This document shows positions 41,832 to 49,920 of a stretch of DNA of 64,000 bases, in pieces. The notes beneath the pieces are model-generated. The model did no database searches, was not told the origin of the DNA, and worked only from the letters and a program-made list of their open reading frames with translations. Origin of the DNA: Nanobdellati archaeon (GTDB taxonomy: Archaea; EX4484-52; GLR71); contig JAHYJR010000001.1 of assembly GCA_019429005.1 (NCBI GenBank), forward strand, positions 223,048 to 287,047. Direction: 5' to 3'. Position numbers and translations under genes: made by a program. Each line of letters starts with the position of its first letter. Position 1 is the stretch's first letter.

Positions 41832-42668
41832 ATGAATATATGTATGGTACTTGAATCTTTTTTATCTTCAAAGTCTCTTGAGCGAAAACCTTTTGAGATG
41901 TTTATTTATAGTATATTAATGGCCTCATTTTCTCTTTTTGTATCTTATATCATATTTCCCTCAGCAGCATCTATTGTTTTTGTGTTTTTGATAACGCTAT
42001 CAATTGCTCCTTTAGTATATAATGTTTTGAAAGATGACGAATTGATTGATGAAGAAGATAATCAAGATATGAACTTTTTTGAGACGCATGAAGATGTTCT
42101 TAAAGTTTATGCAAACTTTTTTCTTGGTGTTGTTGTTGCCTTGTCATTTTGGTATACTATGCTCCCTGATGTTCTTGTAAATATTCTTTTTAATACACAG
42201 ATATCTGTTTTTCATTCAATAAGTAATATTGGAACATCAACTGCTTTTGCAACCGCATCTAGTTTTAGTTTCAGTACTATTCTTATAAATAATATTAAAG
42301 TTGCAACAATATCTTTTTTCATGTCATTCTTTTTTGGAACTGGTGCAATTTTCATTTTGAGTTGGAATGCTTCTGTTATATCTGTTTTTATAGGAACTAT
42401 TGCAAAAGGTATGGTACATAAAACGTCTGCTCTTTATGCTTATCTTTATGCATTACCGACAGGTCTTCTGAGTATTGCACTTCATGGCATACCTGAGATT
42501 GCTGCATATTGTATTGCTGGTGTTGCTGGTGGTATTCTCTCTGCAGGCATTATAAGAAATAAAAATATTAATGTGATAATAAAAGATTCACTTTATCTTT
42601 TTGCATTATCTATATTTGTGATTTTTGTATCCGTAATTATTGAGGTTTATATAACCCCAATAATATGA
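41832..42668 (+). CDS. SpoIIM-like (DUF95) membrane protein
   Basis: I..NN..V, WNAS.I, HGIPE..AY..AG..GG, C-terminal IE...TP. Confidence 0.85.
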   Translation: MNICMVLESFLSSKSLERKPFEMFIYSILMASFSLFVSYIIFPSAASIVFVFLITLSIAPLVYNVLKDDELIDEEDNQDMNFFETHEDVLKVYANFFLGVVVALSFWYTMLPDVLVNILFNTQISVFHSISNIGTSTAFATASSFSFSTILINNIKVATISFFMSFFFGTGAIFILSWNASVISVFIGTIAKGMVHKTSALYAYLYALPTGLLSIALHGIPEIAAYCIAGVAGGILSAGIIRNKNINVIIKDSLYLFALSIFVIFVSVIIEVYITPII

Positions 42669-42677
42669 TATTTTGAT

Positions 42678-43001
42678 TTAATTTAAAGCACAATCATTTA
42701 TGTCGACTCTATATCTATCTCTGAATTCTGCAATTTTTCCTTTATTCCAGTTGCTTGTAACAGATAAATATCCAGTTACACGTGTTATGTTATCTATATC
42801 TTTACCTTGTACTGTTTGTGCGAGGATTGTTTTTACATCATTTTTTTCAAGAGCGTCCCATGTAACAAATATTTTTGTATCAAATTTATTGTTTCGGATG
42901 TATATACCTTTGTTTTCTTTATCGTCTAAAGCCCATTCAATATCATTTGTTTCACTAGTTTTCACAATATCTTCCATTTTTTTTTCAATTGATAATTCCA
43001 T
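42678..43001 (-). CDS. Stand-alone NrdD-type glycyl-radical domain protein (107 aa)
   Basis: C-terminal ITRVTGYLS..SNWNKGKIAEFRDR is the class III RNR glycyl-radical loop and tail. It has its own ATG and GGTGG SD. Confidence 0.85.
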   Translation of the reverse strand: MELSIEKKMEDIVKTSETNDIEWALDDKENKGIYIRNNKFDTKIFVTWDALEKNDVKTILAQTVQGKDIDNITRVTGYLSVTSNWNKGKIAEFRDRYRVDINDCALN

Positions 43002-43022
43002 AAATCCACCTTTATAATTTTA

Positions 43023-43038
43023 TTCGTTTTTAACCGAA
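43023..43038. promoter_or_regulatory. TTCG-N8-CGAA inverted repeat, putative MsvR-type operator
   Basis: TTCG tttttaac CGAA between the two divergent genes, about 25 nt downstream of a minus-strand BRE/TATA (AAAAAGATTTAAATA, 43075-43061). Confidence 0.65.
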
Positions 43039-43091
43039 CAAATATATTTGTTTTATAGACTATTTAAATCTTTTTATACAATAATATCTAT

Positions 43092-43844
43092 ATGGTTGAG
43101 AACATATCTTCATTCGAATTGTACGGTGCTGACCGAACTATTGTTTTATTTGATAACAATGTTAAAACTAAAATTATGCATTTTATTTCAAAGTCTGAGC
43201 GAACTTTTGATGAAATTGTAATCTTTGTTAAAAGATCAAAATCAACCGTTTCAGATATTTTAACTTCTATGGAACAATCAGGACTTATTATTTCTAAACG
43301 TGATCCTTTGGATAAACGCAAAAAAACATATCAGAGTTGTGCTGTATCTATAGGGATTTCATCAAAACCAACTCCAGAATTGTATCATACTGCAATTAAA
43401 GGTGTCGGTAAATCTATTGACACATCTTTTACTTTTATGAATTCTATTTTCAAATCAATGCGTTATGTTTATTCTTCTTTTGGTGTTGATGTTTCTTCAG
43501 CATTGAAATTGATGGGGCTTAATGTGGGTATTGAAATATCACGACAGTTAAAATCTTCATCTTTAGAGAGTTTGCTTTTAGAAATTGTTGATTTTTGGGA
43601 TAAACATCAATTAGGTTATATGAAAGTAATTTCACAGAATCCTCTTACTTTGATTATTGAGGACTGTTATGAGTGTTCAGGTATGGATAATGTTGGTAAG
43701 ACTCTTTGTGTTTTTGATGAAGGTATGTTAATCTCTATATTTGATAACCGGCTTGGATTATCATCAACAGTTAAAGAAGTAGAATGTTTTGGAACTGGTT
43801 TTGAACATTGTAAATTTATAGTGCTTTTTGATAAAAATATTTAA
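43092..43844 (+). CDS. ArsR-HTH + V4R domain regulator (MsvR-like)
   Basis: N-terminal wHTH (KSTVS..L..ME..GLI....DP.DKRKK.Y); C-terminal V4R DCYECSG...LC..DEG...E.EC.G.G...C.F. Confidence 0.88.
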   Translation: MVENISSFELYGADRTIVLFDNNVKTKIMHFISKSERTFDEIVIFVKRSKSTVSDILTSMEQSGLIISKRDPLDKRKKTYQSCAVSIGISSKPTPELYHTAIKGVGKSIDTSFTFMNSIFKSMRYVYSSFGVDVSSALKLMGLNVGIEISRQLKSSSLESLLLEIVDFWDKHQLGYMKVISQNPLTLIIEDCYECSGMDNVGKTLCVFDEGMLISIFDNRLGLSSTVKEVECFGTGFEHCKFIVLFDKNI

Positions 43845-43915
43845 TAGGTCATGGATTATATAAATTGCTGATAATAGGGGTAATCATATATACTTATCTA
43901 ATATATATTATTACC

Positions 43916-44290
43916 ATGCTTGAAATTGTAATTACTTTCACCCTTTTTGTAGTTCTGGTTATACTTTGGACTATTGATATGGCAGAAACTGTGAGTTTTG
44001 TTGATCGTGAAGGTTTGGATGTTGAGCAGAATCCTGTTGCAAAGTTTTTTTTAAAGCACAGTGATATGGATTTTATTATTTTTAAAATAGGGGATCTGAT
44101 TTTTTTAATATTGATTATATACTACATACGTGCCTCTAATATCTTTATGGCAGACGTATTGCTTTTTATTTTTATATTAATTTATATTATAACTGTTGTT
44201 CATAATTATATTACTATAAAAGAAACCCAAAAAGAAGAAACAAATGTTAAGAACATCATGCAATTTGATTTTAATTATATGTCAATTTAA
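43916..44290 (+). CDS. Small membrane protein (DUF5658-like)
   Basis: D...T.......E.NP......K...N pattern across 3 TM helices. Confidence 0.7.
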   Translation: MLEIVITFTLFVVLVILWTIDMAETVSFVDREGLDVEQNPVAKFFLKHSDMDFIIFKIGDLIFLILIIYYIRASNIFMADVLLFIFILIYIITVVHNYITIKETQKEETNVKNIMQFDFNYMSI

Positions 44291-44350
44291 ATTGTTATTT
44301 TTATAATTATATACTTATAAAATTCAAAATATATAACATATTTGGGTTTT

Positions 44351-45388
44351 ATGGCATTTTTTAGAAAAAAAGAAAAAGAAATATTTGATCAAATTGGTAT
44401 TGACAAATATGGTGATGTAATTTTAAAAGTTAAAGATAAATCTATGGTATATTGTGTACTCAATTTTAATTCTAAACATATAAAATCAATACTTTTGAAT
44501 AATTCAAATATGCGATCGGAGTTTATACATTTTTTGTTAGATTTATGCGATATTTCAGATTTCAAAGTGTTTATAAAGGATAATAATAATCCTTTTTATG
44601 CTGATTTTGATAATAAATTTTCAACTTGTTTTGAATATGATACTTTTGATAAAAAGCATATTGTTGTTGATGATGTACCTCTAGCACATTCAATAATTAC
44701 AGCATTAGTTGGTAATGCGAAAATATCTATTGATGATGATGTTATCATAAAAAAACCAGATTATACATTTTATAGAGAATACGCAAAGGCTACAAATAGA
44801 TTATTTGAAAAAAGTGTAAATAGTACAGATTTTATAGATATTTCAAAAATTAAGACAAATAAGTTAAAATCTACAAAATTAAATAAAGAAGAATATATCT
44901 TTTTGGATTTTACTGCTTTAACTCGTAATGCTGATGATTTTCTTGCACTTTTTAAAGATGCTACTGATAACATACATTTAGTTCCAATAATACCTAAAGA
45001 TCCTTATGTATTAGGTCTGAGGTCTATAAACTCACTTCAAGTTACGGGTGTTTCTCCTAATGTACTCAAAAACGCATTAAACGATATAGATTTAGACAGT
45101 CATACTGAATTATATCTATTAAACGATATTTTGAAAAATAGTTCTTATTCTATAAAGTCTATGTTTTTTCAAGGTATTTGTGATAATAATTCTAAAGCCC
45201 ATTTATGGAAACCAATTGATGCTTATTTAAATATAATTAATTCAGAGTCTGGTTATTCTGAAATATTTAATGCACCCATTGATTTAGCTTTTGGTTTAGC
45301 ACATATTGATGATGTTGAAATATATTGTAAATCCTTAAATGTTAAAACATCTATTACTATTCCAATAGATGAGCAACTATATGTTTGA
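44351..45388 (+). CDS. Hypothetical protein
   Basis: 345-aa ORF with no motif recognised. Confidence 0.7.
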   Translation: MAFFRKKEKEIFDQIGIDKYGDVILKVKDKSMVYCVLNFNSKHIKSILLNNSNMRSEFIHFLLDLCDISDFKVFIKDNNNPFYADFDNKFSTCFEYDTFDKKHIVVDDVPLAHSIITALVGNAKISIDDDVIIKKPDYTFYREYAKATNRLFEKSVNSTDFIDISKIKTNKLKSTKLNKEEYIFLDFTALTRNADDFLALFKDATDNIHLVPIIPKDPYVLGLRSINSLQVTGVSPNVLKNALNDIDLDSHTELYLLNDILKNSSYSIKSMFFQGICDNNSKAHLWKPIDAYLNIINSESGYSEIFNAPIDLAFGLAHIDDVEIYCKSLNVKTSITIPIDEQLYV

Positions 45389-45397
45389 ACTTTTTTA

Positions 45398-45476
45398 TCT
45401 CTGGTTCATTGGGTGTTCACATCGTCACAGAGATTAACTCTCAGACATTTAGATTAAAATCATCACCTTTAGAGAA
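45398..45476 (-). ncRNA. C/D box sRNA immediately 3' of tRNA-Arg; D guide complementary to the 23S A-loop
   Basis: C GTGATGA (45466-60), D' CTGA (45444-41), C' GTGACGA (45428-22), D ATGA (45409-06), terminal TCTCT/AGAGA stem; 10-nt guide GTGAACACCC matches 23S at 50244-50253. Confidence 0.85.
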
Positions 45477-45479
45477 AAG

Positions 45480-45577
45480 CGAGCCTGAAGGGATTCGAAC
45501 CCTCGACCCCTGGATATCTTCTGGATAATATATTATCATTAGAAGTCCAGTGCTCTATCCAACTGAGCTACAAGCCC
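45480..45577 (-). tRNA. tRNA-Arg(TCT) with a 24-nt canonical 37/38 intron (45516-45539)
   Basis: CTGGA CT TCT A^[intron]^A TCCAG; the intron AGAAG pairs with CTTCT (BHB-type). Confidence 0.93.
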
Positions 45578-45623
45578 TTATTCTATTTTCATTATATTAA
45601 TATCTTTTTAAGTTTTCCGATAT

Positions 45624-46415
45624 CTAAAGCCATTTTTTGAAATCGGTTGCATCATATTCTCGATTTGGACTTTCACAGATAATTATAATCTCTCTAGTAT
45701 CATTTTTTAACAGTTCTGCAAGATATTTAAAATTTGGTTCTTTTGAAGCTATTGGTGTATGTTGTTTTTCATTTCCTTCAGTATATGTAACACAACTCAT
45801 GTGTATATGTAATGTTTTGAATTTTGAGAACTGATCAAGAACGTTTTTAAAATCCTCTTTTGTTTTCAATCCTCCGTCTGTGAATGCATGTATATGTCCA
45901 AAATCAATAACAGGGCATAATTTTTCATTATTTTGACATAGTTTTAAAATCTCATCAACTGTCCCAAAAGATTTTTGTCTTCCTGTTGTTTCAACACCTA
46001 TTTTTACATCATTTGCATAATTGTCTGTTATGTCACGCAAATTTTTTTCTATTAATCTATATACATCACTAGGGTTTCTTTCAGAATACAAACCAGGATG
46101 TATAACTACAATATTTGCTCCTAAAACATTAGCGATTTCAATATTTAGTATTAGTGTATTTTTGCTATTTTCAAGAATTGATGTATCTTCTGATGCTAAG
46201 TCAATGTAGTAGGGTGCATGGCATGTTAACGTAATTCCAAACTTTTTTGCGATTTGACTAATATTTTCAGCTTTTGTTTTATTGATATATATTTTTTTAA
46301 CAAATGAAATTTCAATGTGATTAAGATCTAATTCTTTCATTCTTTCGATGCCAGAAGTAATATTATTATTTTTTGAAGATAACGGAATATCTGCAATACC
46401 GATTCTTATCGTCAT
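45624..46415 (-). CDS. nfo: Endonuclease IV (AP endonuclease family 2)
   Basis: HAPYYI.L.S, HPG, ETTG....FGT..E, DFGH.HA, H.H.S, E..H, ICESP..E.DA. Confidence 0.92.
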   Translation of the reverse strand: MTIRIGIADIPLSSKNNNITSGIERMKELDLNHIEISFVKKIYINKTKAENISQIAKKFGITLTCHAPYYIDLASEDTSILENSKNTLILNIEIANVLGANIVVIHPGLYSERNPSDVYRLIEKNLRDITDNYANDVKIGVETTGRQKSFGTVDEILKLCQNNEKLCPVIDFGHIHAFTDGGLKTKEDFKNVLDQFSKFKTLHIHMSCVTYTEGNEKQHTPIASKEPNFKYLAELLKNDTREIIIICESPNREYDATDFKKWL

Positions 46416-46435
46416 ATCAGAACCTATAATAGTTT

Positions 46436-46600
46436 TTAAATTATAAGCATCTTTTTCATCAATATTTCAAGAACTATAACTATAGAGATACCAATTATAA
46501 CATGTTCTGGTTTAATTTGTATAGTTTCTTTATAATCATCAAAATATCGTACAAGACCTGCTGTGCTGCTTGGTAGGTTAACTTGTTTCTTTTTTGCCAT
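46436..46600 (-). CDS. secG: Preprotein translocase subunit Sec61-beta
   Basis: MAKKKQVNLPSSTAGLVRYFDDYKETIQIKPEHVIIGISIVIVLEILM; 54 aa, below the ORF-track cutoff. Confidence 0.92.
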   Translation of the reverse strand: MAKKKQVNLPSSTAGLVRYFDDYKETIQIKPEHVIIGISIVIVLEILMKKMLII

Positions 46601-46650
46601 ATATATCATTCCTTATTTTGTATTTTTGTTTAAGTTTTTATAAATGTGTG

Positions 46651-46902
46651 ATGGGGCGAGTAAGCCTCCTTCTGTTTTTGTGGCATTTGACTATGCGTGT
46701 TTAACACTTGCTTCAGGAAAGATGCCCGTTTCACAGAATTCTTTGCAAACTTCTGCTGTAAAGCGTCATAATACTGCAAAGGTCTTTCGTTTCTGTTGCA
46801 TTGCTCAGGTTCTCACCAGCCCATAATGGGTTCCACTTCTGATTTAACAGTTGAAGGGAGGACTTTCCTCAGATATAAATACCCGAAGCCACACTGCCCC
46901 TT
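46651..46902 (-). ncRNA. rnpB: RNase P RNA (compact, about 250 nt)
   Basis: GAGGAAAGTCCTCC and AAAACAGAAGGAGGCTTA (P4 halves), GCAACAGAAAC, GTGAAACGG, P1 GGGGC/GCCCC, P2 GTGGC/GCCAC. Confidence 0.93.
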
Positions 46903-46905
46903 CTA

Positions 46906-46978
46906 TATCCTATTAGACTTGATAGACAAATCTGCAACATTTATGTCGCGTGTAGGATAACTTACCTGAAAGATAAGT
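46906..46978 (-). ncRNA. Unassigned structured RNA in the RNase P RNA leader
   Basis: Four helices of 6-7 bp; three G-U pairs are all consistent with the minus strand. Confidence 0.5.
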
Positions 46979-47057
46979 AATATATTATATTTTTATAATT
47001 TTATATAATTTACCTAATTTAATGATATATATTATAAGATTTAGATGATATATAGAG

Positions 47058-47170
47058 TATATAGATAAAATCCAGATAATATATAGATAAAATCCAGATA
47101 ATATATAGATAAAATCCAGATAATATATAGATAAAATCCAGATAATATATAGATAAAATCCAGATAATAT
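47058..47170. repeat. Perfect tandem repeat, 5 x 22 bp (TATATAGATAAAATCCAGATAA)
   Basis: Seen directly; no spacers. Confidence 0.95.
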
Positions 47171-47257
47171 CTAAATGATATATCGGAAATTTTTAGATCA
47201 ATATCTGTTTTAGATATTATACAGAACAAAGTAATAATTAAAATATAGTGTGTTTTT

Positions 47258-48022
47258 ATGAAATATTCATTAGGTTATTACAAGATAAAGCTTTTTTCAA
47301 AGCAGACAGGGTATCTTGATAATATTAAAGGCAAAACTGTGTTTGAACTTGGTGCTGGAAGTGGCGGTTTTACACGTTTTTTGCTTGAAAATGGTGCTAA
47401 AGTCAAAGGTATTGAAATATCTGAAAAAGAATTTAAAAGTGGTTTAGATACTATTGATAACAAGGATTTTTCTCTTGTTTTTGGCGATGCGCGTTCAATC
47501 GACACAAAAAAAGTAGGAACTTTCGATATTCTTATAAATGATCTTTATCTCCCACCCCGAGATAGTATTGAAATTACTTCAAGGTTGGCATCAAATCTGA
47601 AAACAGATGGTCTTGTAATCCATGTTCTTAAGCGTGATAAAATCAATATGGGTAATTATGACATAATATTTAATTCAATAAAAGATAATCTCGAATTAGT
47701 TGATATAATAAGACCTCCGACAGGGAATGTTGAAACCTATTTTGTATTTAAGCGTGGTAAGACTAATTATTCAGATTATCTATCAAAAATATCTAATTTT
47801 ATTAGGAATATGCTTGACACGATTAATCATATTGAAGACCTTAATGATACAACCAAAGGTGTAAAATTCAATTTTTCTTTTGAATATCTCTTAAATAAAG
47901 ATGAGATTAAAAAGAAGATTTGTCCGTTTGTGACGTCAAAGGGTGTTGAATACATACTTCTGCGTAAAGGCCATGATTTTCAGCTGCATACTTCTGTTGG
48001 TAATAGATTTTTTGATGTTTGA
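47258..48022 (+). CDS. FtsJ/RlmE-like SAM-dependent 2'-O-methyltransferase
   Basis: YK, ELGAGSGGFT, ND, VLK, ETY fit the K-D-K-E tetrad; extra C-terminal region. Confidence 0.75.
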   Translation: MKYSLGYYKIKLFSKQTGYLDNIKGKTVFELGAGSGGFTRFLLENGAKVKGIEISEKEFKSGLDTIDNKDFSLVFGDARSIDTKKVGTFDILINDLYLPPRDSIEITSRLASNLKTDGLVIHVLKRDKINMGNYDIIFNSIKDNLELVDIIRPPTGNVETYFVFKRGKTNYSDYLSKISNFIRNMLDTINHIEDLNDTTKGVKFNFSFEYLLNKDEIKKKICPFVTSKGVEYILLRKGHDFQLHTSVGNRFFDV

Positions 48023-48073
48023 TATAAATTTTATTTTTTTTAAAAAAGAAAAATAGTTTAAACCTAAAAAGGC

Positions 48074-48685
48074 TTAAACTGAAGGCTTGTATGTCTCATT
48101 GAACTCTTTTAATGCGATTCTATACACTTCATCCTTTGTTGGCGGTGTAACAATAAAATCGCCCATTTTTGCAATCATCTCTTCACCCCATGGTGCTTCG
48201 AAATGGAATGATTCTCTGTCTTTATATCCTATAAGTTCCATAAGATTCTCATCAATCTGTACAGCATTGACTTCGCCTATTGGTTGATATATATTATCTT
48301 TATAATTTATAAACTTGTCAATTGTCTGTTTTATATCATCTATTGTATATTTATTTTGTAATACTGATTTAGTCATATTTTCGAAAGCGATTTCTCCTGT
48401 AATTTGTTCATATCTTGCTTCAAACTTATCAGCACTGACAATATATTCTTCTTTAGCTTCAGTCTGATTTTGAACAATATAATCTCCGTCTTTAGCAACA
48501 TTTTGTGTTTCGATTCCATCTGATGTTGTTGTTATAATCTTTTCACCGCCCTTTGCAACAATTGCAATGACTGGTATATATTTTTCATATTGGACGCCAT
48601 CTGCGTCAATCAGAGGTAAAAATAGATTTAATGCCTCTTTCTGGGACAAATAAGTCCCAACCAATTCAGTTGTAGTTTCGCTCAT
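48074..48685 (-). CDS. Protein with two PGDYG-like repeats
   Basis: A..GDYIV......E.Y.V....F...YE and A..GDFIV......E.Y.I....F..TY. Confidence 0.75.
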   Translation of the reverse strand: MSETTTELVGTYLSQKEALNLFLPLIDADGVQYEKYIPVIAIVAKGGEKIITTTSDGIETQNVAKDGDYIVQNQTEAKEEYIVSADKFEARYEQITGEIAFENMTKSVLQNKYTIDDIKQTIDKFINYKDNIYQPIGEVNAVQIDENLMELIGYKDRESFHFEAPWGEEMIAKMGDFIVTPPTKDEVYRIALKEFNETYKPSV

Positions 48686-48798
48686 ATTAATCACTTACGG
48701 GCAATAATAACCCATAAGTTGATTAGTTCTTGGCGAAAGATATATATACTGTATAAATTATATATATATTTTAATCAAATATAAATAAAGTGTTCTGT

Positions 48799-49806
48799 AT
48801 GAAAAGAAAGATAATTCATTTAGGTCCATCTTATGCGATATCGCTTCCAAAAAAATGGGTAGATCGCTATAATGTATATAATATGTCAGAAATAGATGTG
48901 GAAGAAACAAAAGATGGTATTCTTCAGATTTTACCAATATCTAGTTCCAATGTTGCAAAGGATATAGAATTTAAAATTAATAAAGACGAATCTATAAATC
49001 ATATTTATTATTCAAAAATTTATAGAGCTTATGCACAAGGGTATAAAAATATTACGCTCATAGGTGATTTTTCTCAAGAACAGTTTAAAGTTATGTCAAA
49101 AGTACAAAAAAAATTAATAGGTCTTGAAGTTATAGAACAAACTGAAAGAAAAATAATACTTAAGGATTTTATGAATTTGGAGGATGTTGATATAGATACG
49201 TTCATGAATCGTGCTTTTAACAATATAATTGGCATGGGTATAGAACTAATCACAAAAATAAAATCTGGTGAAGTTCTTGGTGATAAGCTCAAAGATATGG
49301 ATTCTATATCTAATCGCGGTCGAAAATTAATAAATCGTTATGTAACTATAGCACTTTATGATTCAAATTATATGAAAAAACTGAATAAAGATACTTCTGA
49401 ATTAATTATAATTGCAAAAGTTACAGAAAATATACGACAAATCGGTTATGAACTTGTGGATATCAGTTTTAATTTGAATGAAGTCGAGACAAGACATATG
49501 AAAGAGTTTAATATCGCAGGTACGAAACGTGATAAAAATATTGATTCCTATATAATACAATTTTTGACTGCGTGGTTGGTTTATATAAAAGAGGTAAGAT
49601 CTGTTTTTTTCAAAAAAGAGATATCTAAAGCTACGGATATGTATATTAATAAGCATTCATCCGATTTAACGAAATTGCGTTATAATTTTCAAAAGGCTTT
49701 TAATGAAACTAATATAGATTTAAAACAGATAATTAATATTGAAAATTGTTTTATATCATTAATCTCAAATAGTTCTAATATTGCAAAGCATTCAATTATA
49801 TTATAA
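48799..49806 (+). CDS. AbrB-domain + PhoU-like phosphate uptake regulator
   Basis: RKII.LG.SY.ISLPKKWV, AY..GY..I, LIGLEVIE. Confidence 0.85.
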   Translation: MKRKIIHLGPSYAISLPKKWVDRYNVYNMSEIDVEETKDGILQILPISSSNVAKDIEFKINKDESINHIYYSKIYRAYAQGYKNITLIGDFSQEQFKVMSKVQKKLIGLEVIEQTERKIILKDFMNLEDVDIDTFMNRAFNNIIGMGIELITKIKSGEVLGDKLKDMDSISNRGRKLINRYVTIALYDSNYMKKLNKDTSELIIIAKVTENIRQIGYELVDISFNLNEVETRHMKEFNIAGTKRDKNIDSYIIQFLTAWLVYIKEVRSVFFKKEISKATDMYINKHSSDLTKLRYNFQKAFNETNIDLKQIINIENCFISLISNSSNIAKHSIIL

Positions 49807-49920
49807 TGAATATTTACAATTATTAATTTTAAAACTAATTAGAAATAAATTGTATTTTAAAGAATCTTAAAAAAAGTATTTTTTAAAATACGAATATTTC
49901 ATAGGTCTAATTTTCAAAGC

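Noticed and set aside
47058-47170. CRISPR array, or the 62-aa ORF at 47041-47229
   Set aside because: Units are contiguous without spacers; the ORF is just the translated repeat
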